Source: Verrucomicrobiota bacterium
GTDB taxonomy: Bacteria; Verrucomicrobiota; Verrucomicrobiia; Limisphaerales; UBA1096
Direction: 5' to 3'
NCBI GenBank assembly: GCA_030747575.1
Contig: JASLKI010000311.1
Span: 1-33,074 of the forward strand
Length of the DNA: 33,074 nt
Shown here: positions 16,228 through 25,400 of the stretch, piece by piece
How the letters are laid out: every line of letters begins with the position of its first letter
How positions within the stretch are numbered: the stretch's first letter is position 1
Notes under the pieces: model-generated
Database searches by the model: none
The model's input: only the letters and a program-made list of their open reading frames with translations
What the model was told of the DNA's origin: nothing
Program-made: the position numbers and the translations under genes

Positions 16228-16533
16228 CTAAGCGTCTTCCAGAATTTTCAGGGAGACGTCTTCTACCATGCCTTCTACCTTCGATTTGTACTCTAACATA
16301 TGCGGCGCAGTGAAATGAGCTTCAAGGTGAAGTAATGATTCCCATTTCTCAATAACCGTTACGACGTTTGCATTCGTTTCCTGGATGGGAATGTCGGTTT
16401 GGAAGTCCACCGTGGCGGAATATTCGATACACCCCTCTTCCTCCAGCACCTTGGGAACGTTCGTCTTGAATATTTCAATGAAGGCGTCGCGTTCGGAAGC
16501 TTCTACTGAAATGGATGCTATTACGTTTATCAT
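16228..16533 (-). CDS. Antibiotic-biosynthesis-monooxygenase (ABM) domain protein
   Basis: 101-aa ORF, ..EEGCIEY....D......VVTVIEKWESLLHLEAHFTAPHM... Strong AGGAGG lies 5 nt upstream of the ATG. Confidence 0.85.
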   Translation of the reverse strand: MINVIASISVEASERDAFIEIFKTNVPKVLEEEGCIEYSATVDFQTDIPIQETNANVVTVIEKWESLLHLEAHFTAPHMLEYKSKVEGMVEDVSLKILEDA

Positions 16534-16538
16534 TTTTA

Positions 16539-16544
16539 CCTCCT
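16539..16544 (-). promoter_or_regulatory. Shine-Dalgarno sequence of the ABM gene
   Basis: Plus-strand cctcct equals AGGAGG, 5 nt upstream of ATG 16533. Confidence 0.6.
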
Positions 16545-16584
16545 AAGCCTGTAAGAGAGTGAACACTCGCGGTCGAGTTGCCAT

Positions 16585-16626
16585 TTTTCAAGGCGTTTTA
16601 ACTGTTGCCGCCGAGGTGGGTTGGCT
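16585..16626 (-). repeat. Intergenic repeat, copy C (copy B with an internal ~27-nt deletion)
   Basis: ttttcaaggcgttttaactgttgccgccga has 1 mismatch over 30 nt to copy B. It then continues ggtgggttggcta, matching the distal end of copy B. Confidence 0.8.
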
Positions 16627-16662
16627 ACTTCCCTTCAGCTTTCAATTCTTCACCCGTCTTGC
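16625..16662 (-). repeat. Tail element copy (3' part only, translated in frame with the sulfatase)
   Basis: ctacttcccttcagctttcaattcttcacccgtcttgc is identical to 9040-9077. Confidence 0.9.
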
Positions 16663-18040
16663 GCGCTGCGCGTTTGCCACGTTTTCTCGGCGGCTCATTA
16701 ATCCACCATTCTGATGGCCCTTCTTTTTCAACCTCATCGTGTACCTTCAATAGCGCGGTTTTCATGAAGGCAAGCTTTTCGGGCATCTTGGACGCCAAAT
16801 CCTTTTCCTCCTTCCAATCCTCCTCGATCTTATAGAGCTGAAATTTCTCGAGGGCCCTATCCCCCACAATCTTCCACTCGCCAATACGCAGAGCCACGTG
16901 ATTGTCTGCCGGCGCCAAGTGGTTACGCCAGTAAAGCGGCACAGTCCGTTCCACCGGTTTACCGGCCAAAGCCGGCCGCATGTCCACCCCGTCAATCACC
17001 CGATCCTTGGGCAGGTCCGCACCAACAATGGCCAGTATGGTGGAGAAAAGGTCGGACCCAATCACCGGCACACTGCTCGTGGTCCCAGGCTTAATGTGGT
17101 TGGGCCAACGGGCAATACCCGGCACGCGAATACCTCCTTCATGACTCCAGCGCTTTCGTCCACGCAGGCCTCCAGTCGAACCGCGTGTACGGCCTTTGGT
17201 CCCCGCCCCCTCAGGTCCGTTATCCGAGGTAAAAAAGACGAAGGTATCCTCGGTCAAGCTCTGTTGATCGAGTTCTTTCATTAGCAAACCAAAGGCATGG
17301 TCCAACTGGGTGACATTCCCGTGGTGCTGCCGGATTCCCTCATCATCAATATCCGCGTAAGGCTTCATGAACTCAGGCGCCGACTCAATAGGTAGATGCG
17401 GTTCATGCGTCCAGACAGTGATAAAGAAAGGTTTGGACTTGTCCCTTTCCTTGCGGAGCCAGTTAATGGCTTCTTCAGCGGCAATGACTGCAGAAGCGCC
17501 TTTGATAACTCCAACGGCCTTGCCATTGCGTACGAAGTTTTTCGGATTAATATGATTGGGCGAAGCATTGTTTTGGGTTGCCAACCACCAGTCATAGCCG
17601 TGGCTATTGGGTTGGGGTTGACGCGGATCATTAAAGAACCCGTTCAGGTGCCACTTGCCGGCATGGCATGTCGTGTAGCCCTTTGATTTCAAGACCTCGG
17701 GAATGGTAATCTCACTGGTACGCAGGTGCACCTGGTGGCCCGAAGGAATCCAACGCCACACCCCGTTGCGGTAGGGGGTACGGCCTGTGAGAATGGAGGA
17801 ACGCGAAGGCGAACAAACCCCGCACGCCGCGTAACACTGGGTAAGCCGCACGCCTTCTTTTGCGAACTGGTCCAGGTTCGGCGTTTTAATCAAGGGATGT
17901 TCCTGAACACCCAAATCGCCCCAACCGAGGTCGTCGGTGAGAAAGATCACAAAATTAGGCGACTTCTCCTTGGCATTCAATTCAAGCGCAAACCCCACCA
18001 GCACCACGGCTGCGATTGTTGTTAGTAGGAGGTGTTTCAT
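16625..18040 (-). CDS. Arylsulfatase (formylglycine-dependent S1 sulfatase family) carrying family leader and short family tail
   Basis: FLTDDLGWGDLG and the CGVCSPSRSSILTGR (CxPxR) signature. N-terminus MKHLLLTTIAAVVLVG. C-terminus ..RKTGEELKAEGK-stop. Confidence 0.9.
   Translation of the reverse strand: MKHLLLTTIAAVVLVGFALELNAKEKSPNFVIFLTDDLGWGDLGVQEHPLIKTPNLDQFAKEGVRLTQCYAACGVCSPSRSSILTGRTPYRNGVWRWIPSGHQVHLRTSEITIPEVLKSKGYTTCHAGKWHLNGFFNDPRQPQPNSHGYDWWLATQNNASPNHINPKNFVRNGKAVGVIKGASAVIAAEEAINWLRKERDKSKPFFITVWTHEPHLPIESAPEFMKPYADIDDEGIRQHHGNVTQLDHAFGLLMKELDQQSLTEDTFVFFTSDNGPEGAGTKGRTRGSTGGLRGRKRWSHEGGIRVPGIARWPNHIKPGTTSSVPVIGSDLFSTILAIVGADLPKDRVIDGVDMRPALAGKPVERTVPLYWRNHLAPADNHVALRIGEWKIVGDRALEKFQLYKIEEDWKEEKDLASKMPEKLAFMKTALLKVHDEVEKEGPSEWWINEPPRKRGKRAARKTGEELKAEGK
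17993..18040 (-). repeat. Leader element copy
   Basis: Minus-strand sense atgaaacacctcctactaacaacaatcgcagccgtggtgctggtgggg, with one change relative to the 30-nt core. Confidence 0.9.
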
Positions 18041-18166
18041 GTCAGCGAAAGCTCAGCTTAATTGCGTATTATTTGCAATAGTTTTGAATGTGCATATGAA
18101 AATCTTCATGCAATACAAAAAAGGGCAGCATGCTCACGCTTAGTGGTCAAGCACCGTTGATTTGCG

Positions 18167-18194
18167 TTGACGATTTATTCAAAGTTGCTATGAA
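18167..18194 (+). promoter_or_regulatory. Possible sigma70-like promoter for the 18210..19118 gene
   Basis: TTGACG (18167-18172), a 16-nt spacer, then TATGAA (18189-18194). The ATG follows at 18210. Pattern match only. Confidence 0.3.
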
Positions 18195-18209
18195 CTTGTT
18201 CGGGTTTTT

Positions 18210-19118
18210 ATGAAGAAGCAATTACTGACAGTAATCATTACTAGTATGTTCTTTGGGTTGTCGGTGTTTGGCGCAAAGAACAAGGTCTTGAAGATTGGGA
18301 CGCGTCCAGAAAGTGTGACAAAGGGGTTCGGTGGTAAGTACTATGTCACCGTCATGAACTCGGCGGACACTGAAGGGGACGCCGTGATTAAAGTCCTTGA
18401 TGGCGACAAGTCGCGCGTATTCGCTAAGGGTATGGATGAGCCAAAGGGTATTGCGTTCACTGGTAAATATCTTGTCACTGCCGACCAGACCAAGGTTTTG
18501 AAAATTGACCGCAAGGGGAAGGTGTCGGTCTTAGTCGATAAAAAGAATTTTACGCGTAACGTGAGTTTCCTCAACGACGTCGCCTCATCGTCGGATCGTA
18601 AGAGTATCTTCGTCACTGATATGGGTGCCATTAGCATGATGTTCGATCCAGACAAGGATCGTACGCTTTGGCCCTTGGACAGCAAGCAAGCGAAAGAACT
18701 AACGGCGGAGGGTTGTGTTTATCAGATTACGCTCGACGGAAAGATTACCGATGCAGTTGCTCCGGGAAACAGCTCACTTCCGGGGCCAAATGGTGTCGGG
18801 CGAGCTGGGAAGAATGGGTTGCTTTTATGTGATTTTTTTACCGGCAATATTTTGCGTAAAACTGGAAAAGGGCAGTTAAAGGTAATTGCAAAGGGACTGC
18901 GAGGTGCCGACGCTATCAATACTGGTGGCAAGGGCGTCATTTATGTTTCGAGCTGGACGCAAGGAAAAGTTTGGAAACTAACTGAAAACGGGAAAAAGAG
19001 TGAAGTTATTCTAGAAGACCTATTGTCTGCTGCTGATTTTTTTGTCGATCTGAAGGCCAAGAAGTTGATCGTGCCGGATATGCTAGCAGGCACGCTAATA
19101 TTTGTTGATATCCAGTAG
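18210..19118 (+). CDS. Secreted beta-propeller protein (SMP-30/gluconolactonase/LRE-like or NHL-like)
   Basis: 302-aa ORF with signal peptide MKKQLLTVIITSMFFGLSVFG. Repeated blade-like segments (..PKGIAFTGKYLVTAD.., ..IFVTDMG.., ..PNGVG...GLLLCDF.., ..GVIYVSSW..). Lower GC than its neighbours. Function uncertain. Confidence 0.75.
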   Translation: MKKQLLTVIITSMFFGLSVFGAKNKVLKIGTRPESVTKGFGGKYYVTVMNSADTEGDAVIKVLDGDKSRVFAKGMDEPKGIAFTGKYLVTADQTKVLKIDRKGKVSVLVDKKNFTRNVSFLNDVASSSDRKSIFVTDMGAISMMFDPDKDRTLWPLDSKQAKELTAEGCVYQITLDGKITDAVAPGNSSLPGPNGVGRAGKNGLLLCDFFTGNILRKTGKGQLKVIAKGLRGADAINTGGKGVIYVSSWTQGKVWKLTENGKKSEVILEDLLSAADFFVDLKAKKLIVPDMLAGTLIFVDIQ

Positions 19119-19165
19119 GCAAGGCTGCTGTTAAACGCGCCGAAATTAAGATCATTGTAGCGCAT

Positions 19166-19303
19166 TCATTTCCCTTCAGCTTTCAATTCTTCACTAGTCT
19201 TGGCTCCGTGTTTGCGGAGGAGGTTGGCGGTTGCCAATACAGCCAACGGCGCGCGGTGGTCTTGATAAGTAGCATAATCCAGCCGGGTTTCGCCAACATT
19301 GCC
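19166..19303 (-). pseudogene. Ankyrin C-terminal fragment with a tail element
   Basis: ..GETRLDYATYQDHRAPLAVLATANLLRKHGAKTSEELKAEGK-stop parallels the last ANK repeat plus tail of 9932..10489. The N-terminal part of the listed 72-aa ORF overlaps a terminator hairpin and is probably not coding. Confidence 0.6.
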
Positions 19304-19331
19304 CCGTAGCCCCTTAACCTTTGAAAGAAAC

Positions 19332-19369
19332 AAAAAGCCCACAGTGGTCAACTGTGGGCCTTGTTTTTT
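19332..19369. terminator. Bidirectional intrinsic terminator
   Basis: Perfect 9-bp stem gcccacagt (19337-19345) / actgtgggc (19351-19359) with a 5-nt loop. Flanked by aaaaa upstream and cttgtttttt downstream. Lies 34 nt past the stop of the minus-strand gene 19393..19632. Confidence 0.8.
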
Positions 19370-19392
19370 GCCTTTAACGGCCAAAGCGTTAA

Positions 19393-19632
19393 TTAAGTAG
19401 GATTTTGGTCTTCAGCCTTCTTTTGGTCGGTGCACTCCTTATCACCACAGTCGGGTTTTGCGCCTTCATCGCAAGTGGCTTTCTCGTCGCACTCCTCTTT
19501 GGAAGCTGAACATTCCTCTTTGGAACCTGAACATTCGGATTCGGCTTTGGCCGAGGTGCTGCTGACGTAGTAGAATCCCGCACCCGTGACCGAAACCGCC
19601 GCAATTGCTATAAATGTAATTAGAGCCTTCAT
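19393..19632 (-). CDS. Small membrane-anchored or secreted Cys/Glu/Lys-rich protein (hypothetical)
   Basis: 79-aa ORF. N-terminal hydrophobic MKALITFIAIAAVSVTGAGFYYV, then ESECSGSKEECSASKEECDEKATCDEGAKPDCGDKECTD (7 Cys). A terminator follows. Confidence 0.65.
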   Translation of the reverse strand: MKALITFIAIAAVSVTGAGFYYVSSTSAKAESECSGSKEECSASKEECDEKATCDEGAKPDCGDKECTDQKKAEDQNPT

Positions 19633-19810
19633 CGCCGGAAAACTATCGTCTGCTATGTGTATTGCAAGACTATAAAGTGGCTACTGTGGGCCACATTTTT
19701 CGGCCTATTAGCGGTAATGTCAGCGCGCCTGGACAAGCACGTTGAGTTTTGTTCTGGCCAACCTCAGAATAGGCACAAAAAGAGGCACCACTAGATTTCG
19801 GTATAATGTT

Positions 19811-19841
19811 TTTCACTGTTAATAATTTTAAAACAGTGAAA
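19811..19841. other. Perfect 10-bp inverted repeat just downstream of the tRNA-Leu 3' end
   Basis: tttcactgtt (19811-19820) and aacagtgaaa (19832-19841) around an 11-nt A/T-only loop. Confidence 0.7.
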
Positions 19842-19868
19842 TTGGGCTTAGTTTGTCACCTAAACAGA

Positions 19869-19955
19869 TGGTGCCCGCGGCAAGAGTTGAACTTGCACCC
19901 CATTGCTGGGACTTGAACCTGAATCAAGCGCGTCTACCAATTCCGCCACGCGGGC
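19869..19955 (-). tRNA. tRNA-Leu (anticodon CAG), CCA encoded
   Basis: Folded by hand. 7-bp acceptor stem GCCCGCG/CGCGGGC; D arm GCG-GAAUUGGUAGA-CGC; anticodon stem CUUGA/UCAAG with loop UUCAGGU; long variable arm CCCAGCAAUGGG; T arm GCAAG-UUCAACU-CUUGC; discriminator A plus CCA. Total 87 nt. Confidence 0.93.
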
Positions 19956-20132
19956 ATCGTGGGAATCCCCGAAATGGGGGTTGGAGTTACTACCCATCCG
20001 TGGCCCGGCGTGCAAGCACAATCCCCCACGCACGGTCGGCCAAGCTGATAATCGGCGACTTGACCTACGGAGCGCACTCTCACATCATCCCCGGCCCGAT
20101 TTACGGATTTACATTTCAAACTAAACAGAACC

Positions 20133-21158
20133 ATGAGTGCACCCAAGTTACACAACGCCATGTGGCCCGGTCTCGTCGGCAAGGGCGACGATGAAGGTCA
20201 GGAGCCGCCGATCAGCCTCGAGCACATGCTCGACCTCTCCGCCGCCGCCGAGGTGGATGGCCAGAAATTCGACGGGATCGACTACTTCCTGTTCCTGCCG
20301 CATACCAATCCCGAGGCCACCGATGATGAACTGAAAGGCATTGCCGACCTCATCGCCGGCAAGGGTTTTGATATCGGCTCGCTGGTCGCCCCCATTTGGC
20401 CCGGCACCGTGGGCGATTCGGCGATGGGCACGGCCGAGCAGCGTGCCAAGTTTCTCGACGCGGTCAAGATGGCCTGTCGCATCGCAAAGATTTTCAACGA
20501 ACACGGCGCACGCAAGTACGGCGTCATCCGCATCGACTCAGCCGAATTCGGCGTGGAGAAATGGCGCGAGGATGCCACAGCTAATACGGCACAAATCGTC
20601 GAGACCTTCAAGGAAGCCGCGACGATAGCCGCTGACCACGGTGAGCGTCTCGCCGCCGAAGGAGAGATTTGCTGGGCCGGCATGCACAGTTGGAAAGACA
20701 TGCTCGATGTACTCGAAGGCGTAGGCATGCCCGAGGCACTCGGCTTCCAGGCCGACCTCGCGCACACGTACCTTTACACGCTTGGCTACAACGCGCCGGA
20801 GCATGCGCTTTTGCAGGAGGGCTACAGTGACGACGAATTCTGGGCGGCTTACGAGCAGATGACCGACAAGCTCCGCCCGTGGACCATCGACTTTCATGTC
20901 GCGCAAAACGACGGCGAGGTTCACGGCGCCGGCGACCACGACAAGACCGGCAAACATTGCCCTGCTGATGACCCCAATGGTAAACTGGACATCACCCGCT
21001 GCGCCGGCTACTGGCTCAAGGACGCCACCGACCGCAATATCCAACACATCTGCTGGGACGGCTGCATGTTCCCCAACGCCACGCTGGAAAACCCAGCCAC
21101 CTGGAACACTATCCTCAAGGCAATGATCGACGTCCGCGACGCACACGGCTGGGAATAA
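20133..21158 (+). CDS. Sugar phosphate isomerase/epimerase-like (xylose-isomerase-like TIM barrel) protein
   Basis: 341-aa ORF with the N-terminal [14 protein letters not shown] motif typical of this PVC-group family. A Gfo/Idh/MocA gene starts 12 nt downstream. Confidence 0.8.
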   Translation: MSAPKLHNAMWPGLVGKGDDEGQEPPISLEHMLDLSAAAEVDGQKFDGIDYFLFLPHTNPEATDDELKGIADLIAGKGFDIGSLVAPIWPGTVGDSAMGTAEQRAKFLDAVKMACRIAKIFNEHGARKYGVIRIDSAEFGVEKWREDATANTAQIVETFKEAATIAADHGERLAAEGEICWAGMHSWKDMLDVLEGVGMPEALGFQADLAHTYLYTLGYNAPEHALLQEGYSDDEFWAAYEQMTDKLRPWTIDFHVAQNDGEVHGAGDHDKTGKHCPADDPNGKLDITRCAGYWLKDATDRNIQHICWDGCMFPNATLENPATWNTILKAMIDVRDAHGWE

Positions 21159-21170
21159 TAATTACAGATC

Positions 21171-22313
21171 ATGAGCGAAAAGAAATCCCTTAACATTGGA
21201 CTCATCGGCTACGGCTTCATGGGCCGCACGCACTCGAACGGTTACAAGCGCGTCAGTGACTTTTTCCCGGATCTCGGCCATCGACCTGTACTCAAGGCTG
21301 TGTGCGGTCGCACTGAGGACCGCACCAAGGCTTTCGCCGGGCAATGGGGCTACGAGAGCTTCGAAACCGATTGGCGCGAACTGATCAAGCGCGACGACAT
21401 CGACGCGATCGATATTTGCACGCCCAACGATCAACACGCCGAGGTGGCCATCGCCGCCGCCGAGGCGGGCAAGATGGTGCTTTGCGAAAAGCCACTAGCC
21501 CGCACCGCCGAGGAAAGCACGCCGATGGTCGATGCCGTGGAGAAAGCCGGTGTGCCGAATACGGTCTGGTACAACTACCGACGCGTCCCGGCCGTCACCT
21601 TGGCCAAGCAGATTGTCGATAGCGGCAAGCTCGGCCAGATTTTTCATTACCGCGCCAACTTCCTGCAGGACTGGACCATCAGCGCTGATCTTCCCCAAGG
21701 CGGCGAAGGTCTTTGGCGTCTGGACGCCGCGGCCGCCGGCAGTGGCGTCACCGGCGACTTGCTTGCCCACTGCATCGACACCGCCATTTGGCTCAACGGC
21801 AGCATTGCCGACGTGTCCGCCGTGACCGAGACGTTCATCAAGGAGCGCGTGCACACCGCCACCGGCGAGAAGCAAAAAGTCACCATCGACGACGCCTGTA
21901 TTTTTCACTGCCACTTTTCGAACGGCTCGCTCGGACTGTTCGAATCCACCCGATACGCGCGCGGGCACAAGGCGTTGTACACGCTGGAGATCAACGGCGC
22001 CGACGCCTCCATCCGCTGGGATTTGCACGACCTCAACCGGCTGGAGTTTTTCGACCACAGCGACGACTCCACCACGCGCGGCTGGCGCAGCGTGCACATC
22101 ACCGACGGCGACATGCCGTACATGGACAAGTGGTGGGTCCCCGGCCTCTGCATCGGCTACGAGCACACCTTCGTGCATCAAGTCGCCGACTTCCTCGCCA
22201 GCCTCGACAGCGGCGAACCGTGCCGCCCCACCTTCCGCGACGCCCTCGAGACTGCCCGAGTCTGCGACGCCGTCCTCGCCTCGGCGAAGGATCGCGCGTG
22301 GAAAGATGTGTAA
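21171..22313 (+). CDS. Gfo/Idh/MocA family NAD(P)-dependent oxidoreductase
   Basis: Rossmann motif [14 protein letters not shown] and the EKPLA motif ([10 protein letters not shown]). Confidence 0.9.
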   Translation: MSEKKSLNIGLIGYGFMGRTHSNGYKRVSDFFPDLGHRPVLKAVCGRTEDRTKAFAGQWGYESFETDWRELIKRDDIDAIDICTPNDQHAEVAIAAAEAGKMVLCEKPLARTAEESTPMVDAVEKAGVPNTVWYNYRRVPAVTLAKQIVDSGKLGQIFHYRANFLQDWTISADLPQGGEGLWRLDAAAAGSGVTGDLLAHCIDTAIWLNGSIADVSAVTETFIKERVHTATGEKQKVTIDDACIFHCHFSNGSLGLFESTRYARGHKALYTLEINGADASIRWDLHDLNRLEFFDHSDDSTTRGWRSVHITDGDMPYMDKWWVPGLCIGYEHTFVHQVADFLASLDSGEPCRPTFRDALETARVCDAVLASAKDRAWKDV

Positions 22314-22442
22314 CGCTTGGCCAAGCGCAAGTAGTATACAAAACGAAGCTGACTCGAATCCTCGACATGGCGGTATTGGATCTAAAAGGGCAATAAGTTT
22401 TATGGAACCCCGCAGGGATTCTATTCTTGCACAATTCCCCGC

Positions 22443-25400
22443 TCACACATCCACCACTACGCAGGGATGGGTAAACACGAGGCAGCAACGGATGGTTGAT
22501 TCGGGCCATCCTGTCAGCTTGGTCAAGGCCTGGCGATAGGTTTTCATTTGTGACGCGTACTTTTCGGCAGCCTGTTCCAGTGAAAGATCATCCCTCACCC
22601 TATCGCTTTTGAAGTCGATGATCTCTGCCCGATCACCGTACACATGCACCCGGTCAAAAACGCCGGAGATCATCTCATTATCAAGCACCACATCGAAGGC
22701 TCGCTCTCGCCAGAGTTGCACGTCGCCCCCGCCCTTGGCCAGGCGCTTGGCCACCGTCTCATTGGCAAGGCAACGTGCCACCTCGTCGACCGCCTCCGGC
22801 ATCACCTCGCGCAACGGTTCCAGCTTGGCCAGTGTCGTGTCATCCACCCACTCGATCTGTTCGAATACCTTGTGGACAGCCAAGCCGAACGAAATGGCAT
22901 CCGCACCGCCAAACGCAACCAATTGAGCACCTGACAAAACAACGGCATCATGACCCGCCGCCCGCCGCTTGGCCAAGCGGGCATCTCCACGCTTGGCCCC
23001 GATCAACTCCGGCTCGGCCACTGGCTTGGCTTCCTCCACCAGCTTGGCCCTCACCCAGTCGAAGCTCCCTTCCTCGAATATCACATTGCCAGGCTCTGAC
23101 TCGTCCCCGAACGAATTGTCTTCGCCCTTGGCCAAAGTCGCGGTCAGCAGTTGCGCGTAGTTTTCTGAGTTGCCGGGCTTGGCCGTGATGACGTACAGCC
23201 CGTGGCTTGATCGGGTGAGAGCGACGTATAGTTTGCAAAAACTTTCGTAACACGCTTCGGATCGAGCCTCAGCAATAGAGACTTTTAGCGAATCGTCCTG
23301 CATACAAATATCCTTGCCTGGCAAATCCAGAACCCAGTCCGCCTCACCGTCATTATTGCGTTGAGTGTGCAGGGCTTCGTTGCGCGCCTGGTCAAGCCGC
23401 TTGCCTTCGAGGTCGGGGACGATGGTAATGTCGAATGTCAAGCCCTTGGCTTTGTGAATCGTCATCACCTGCACCACGCTGGCTCCGGAGGCTTCGGTAA
23501 TTTCCTGCGCGGGAACGAAGCGCAGAAATGCGTCAATATTGCGGCTGCCGCTTTGGTCAAACTGGCGAGCCAACTCGAGAAATTGCGGGGCACGCCAACG
23601 AGCAAAGTCGTCCAGTTTTGAATCGAGTTGCTCGATCCACTGCCGGGCAACAGCCTCGAAGCCTTGCTGGTAAATGTCGCGTTGAATATCCCGCAACGCC
23701 GACTGTCGTTCAGTCGTTTCCGGCGGCAAGAACTTGGACAGCGGGGTGAGCCAAACATGGCCAGCGCTGAAGCCGTCCTCCGGGTGCGCCGCCGCTCGGA
23801 AGAGCGAAAGCAGCGCGATGCCAAGCGGATTGTCAGCGCCAGGGTTGGTGGCTGACTCGCCGACAATCGGCATGCCCAACCCCGCACCGCGAAGATGATT
23901 CACCAAGTCACGAGCAGCCCTATTAGACTGCACGAGGATAGCGCACTCCAACCGGTTATTGATGGGCTGAAGTTTCTTCAGCAGTTGCCCCACCACAGGC
24001 CAGCGGTCCTCTTTGTCATCAACTTGAAGGTACAACGAGTGGCCCTTTTCTCCAACCCGGTTTTTGGCCGACTTGTGCTCCCCCCAAATCTCCGACCACC
24101 GTTTTATAGCTGATTTATTTTCATCGAACGGTTCGAGTTTTTCGGCGTTGCCAAAAACCTGATTAACCATTTTAAGCACGTCCGGGCACGAGCGCCACGA
24201 TTTATTGAGAGAATCAACTTTAAACTCATCCCCGGTCCCCTGGTCGTATTTTTTCTTCACGCGGTCGAACAACCGGGGATCCCCGCCGCGCCATTGATAA
24301 ATGGACTGCTTCTGATCGCCGACGCAAAAGAACGTGCGATCACCGCTTGGATCCTGCACCACCTCGTCGATGAGATTTTCCACCGCACGCCATTGTACAG
24401 TGCTGGTATCCTGAAACTCATCGAGCAACCAGTGGTCAAACTCGCCGTCCAAGCGGTACTCAAGATCGAGCCGATCCGGGGCCTTGCCTCCGAGCAACAC
24501 ACGGCCATCACTAGGCGCGAGAAGCAACGGCAAGTCGGCAAACATCAAACGCCCGGCACGGCGCACCTGCACGTCGTAACGCTCCTCGTACGCCATCAGC
24601 AAGCCATGAATTCCTCGTGTGCGCTCCAGTTTTTTTTCGAGTTCCCAGGCGATGCAATAGCGCAAAACGCGCCCCAGTTTCCGGCTGAAATCCTTTGTCA
24701 CCGAATAGGTTTTTTTTCGGTTTTCAAATTCCCATTTGCCCCGCTCCAAGTCAGCCAATCCCTCCACCGCCTTCATGACCAACTTCGGTGTTTTCTTGAA
24801 AAGCCCCTTGCCAGGCGCCCACTGCTCCAGGTAGTCAGCGAGGGCATTCCAGTTGCGATGCACCTCGTTGGTGAATGCAGGATGCTCATTGATGTGCCCT
24901 CGCCAGTCGACCACCAAGTCCGGCAACTCTGCCTTCTCCCTCACCCACGGGTTGCCGCCGGGCCAGATGCGGGCGGGGTCGCCCCAGCGGTCTGAACCGG
25001 GCACTCGCAGCAGCAACTCGTGGCAATCCTCCAAATGCTCCACGAACGAGCCGATAAAATTCCGGTTGTCTTTGCCCGCCGTAGCAAGTTGGTACGACTT
25101 GATCAGTTCATCCTGATCTGTTTTTTTTACTTGCCGGTTCGCCAACAATTGCTCGAGCACGGTTAGGCGCACCTGTTCCTTGTCGAACTCGCCCATCATC
25201 TCGAATCGGCCACCCAGTCCGAACTCGAACGAGAACAGCCCTAGCACACGGTGGAAAAAACTATCGATTGTACCTAGCGAAAGATGCCCCATCGTATCCA
25301 CCAGTTTACGCAGTGCTTCCCGAAACTCCGACGGTTTGGTTTCCGGCAAGCCAATGTCCTTGGCCAGGCCTTTGGCCTCCGGCGGATCGATCGCGGCCGT

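Noticed and set aside
9040-19232. Regularly recurring short repeats could suggest a CRISPR array.
   Set aside because: Repeat spacing is 0.4-1.4 kb rather than 25-50 nt. The repeats are two different elements that are mostly in frame with long ORFs. No cas genes are present.
22314-22327. Palindrome cgcttggccaagcg just after the oxidoreductase stop, as a possible terminator.
   Set aside because: It has no loop and no U-tract, and after allowing a minimal loop only about 5 bp can pair. That is too weak to call.
20148-22509. Many long antisense or alternative-frame ORFs (for example 20538..21146, 21495..22181, 21713..22396, 22099..22509).
   Set aside because: They are Arg/Ala/Gly/Pro-rich translations typical of off-frame reading of high-GC genes. 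They overlap ORFs with clear family motifs (TIM-barrel isomerase-like, Gfo/Idh/MocA).
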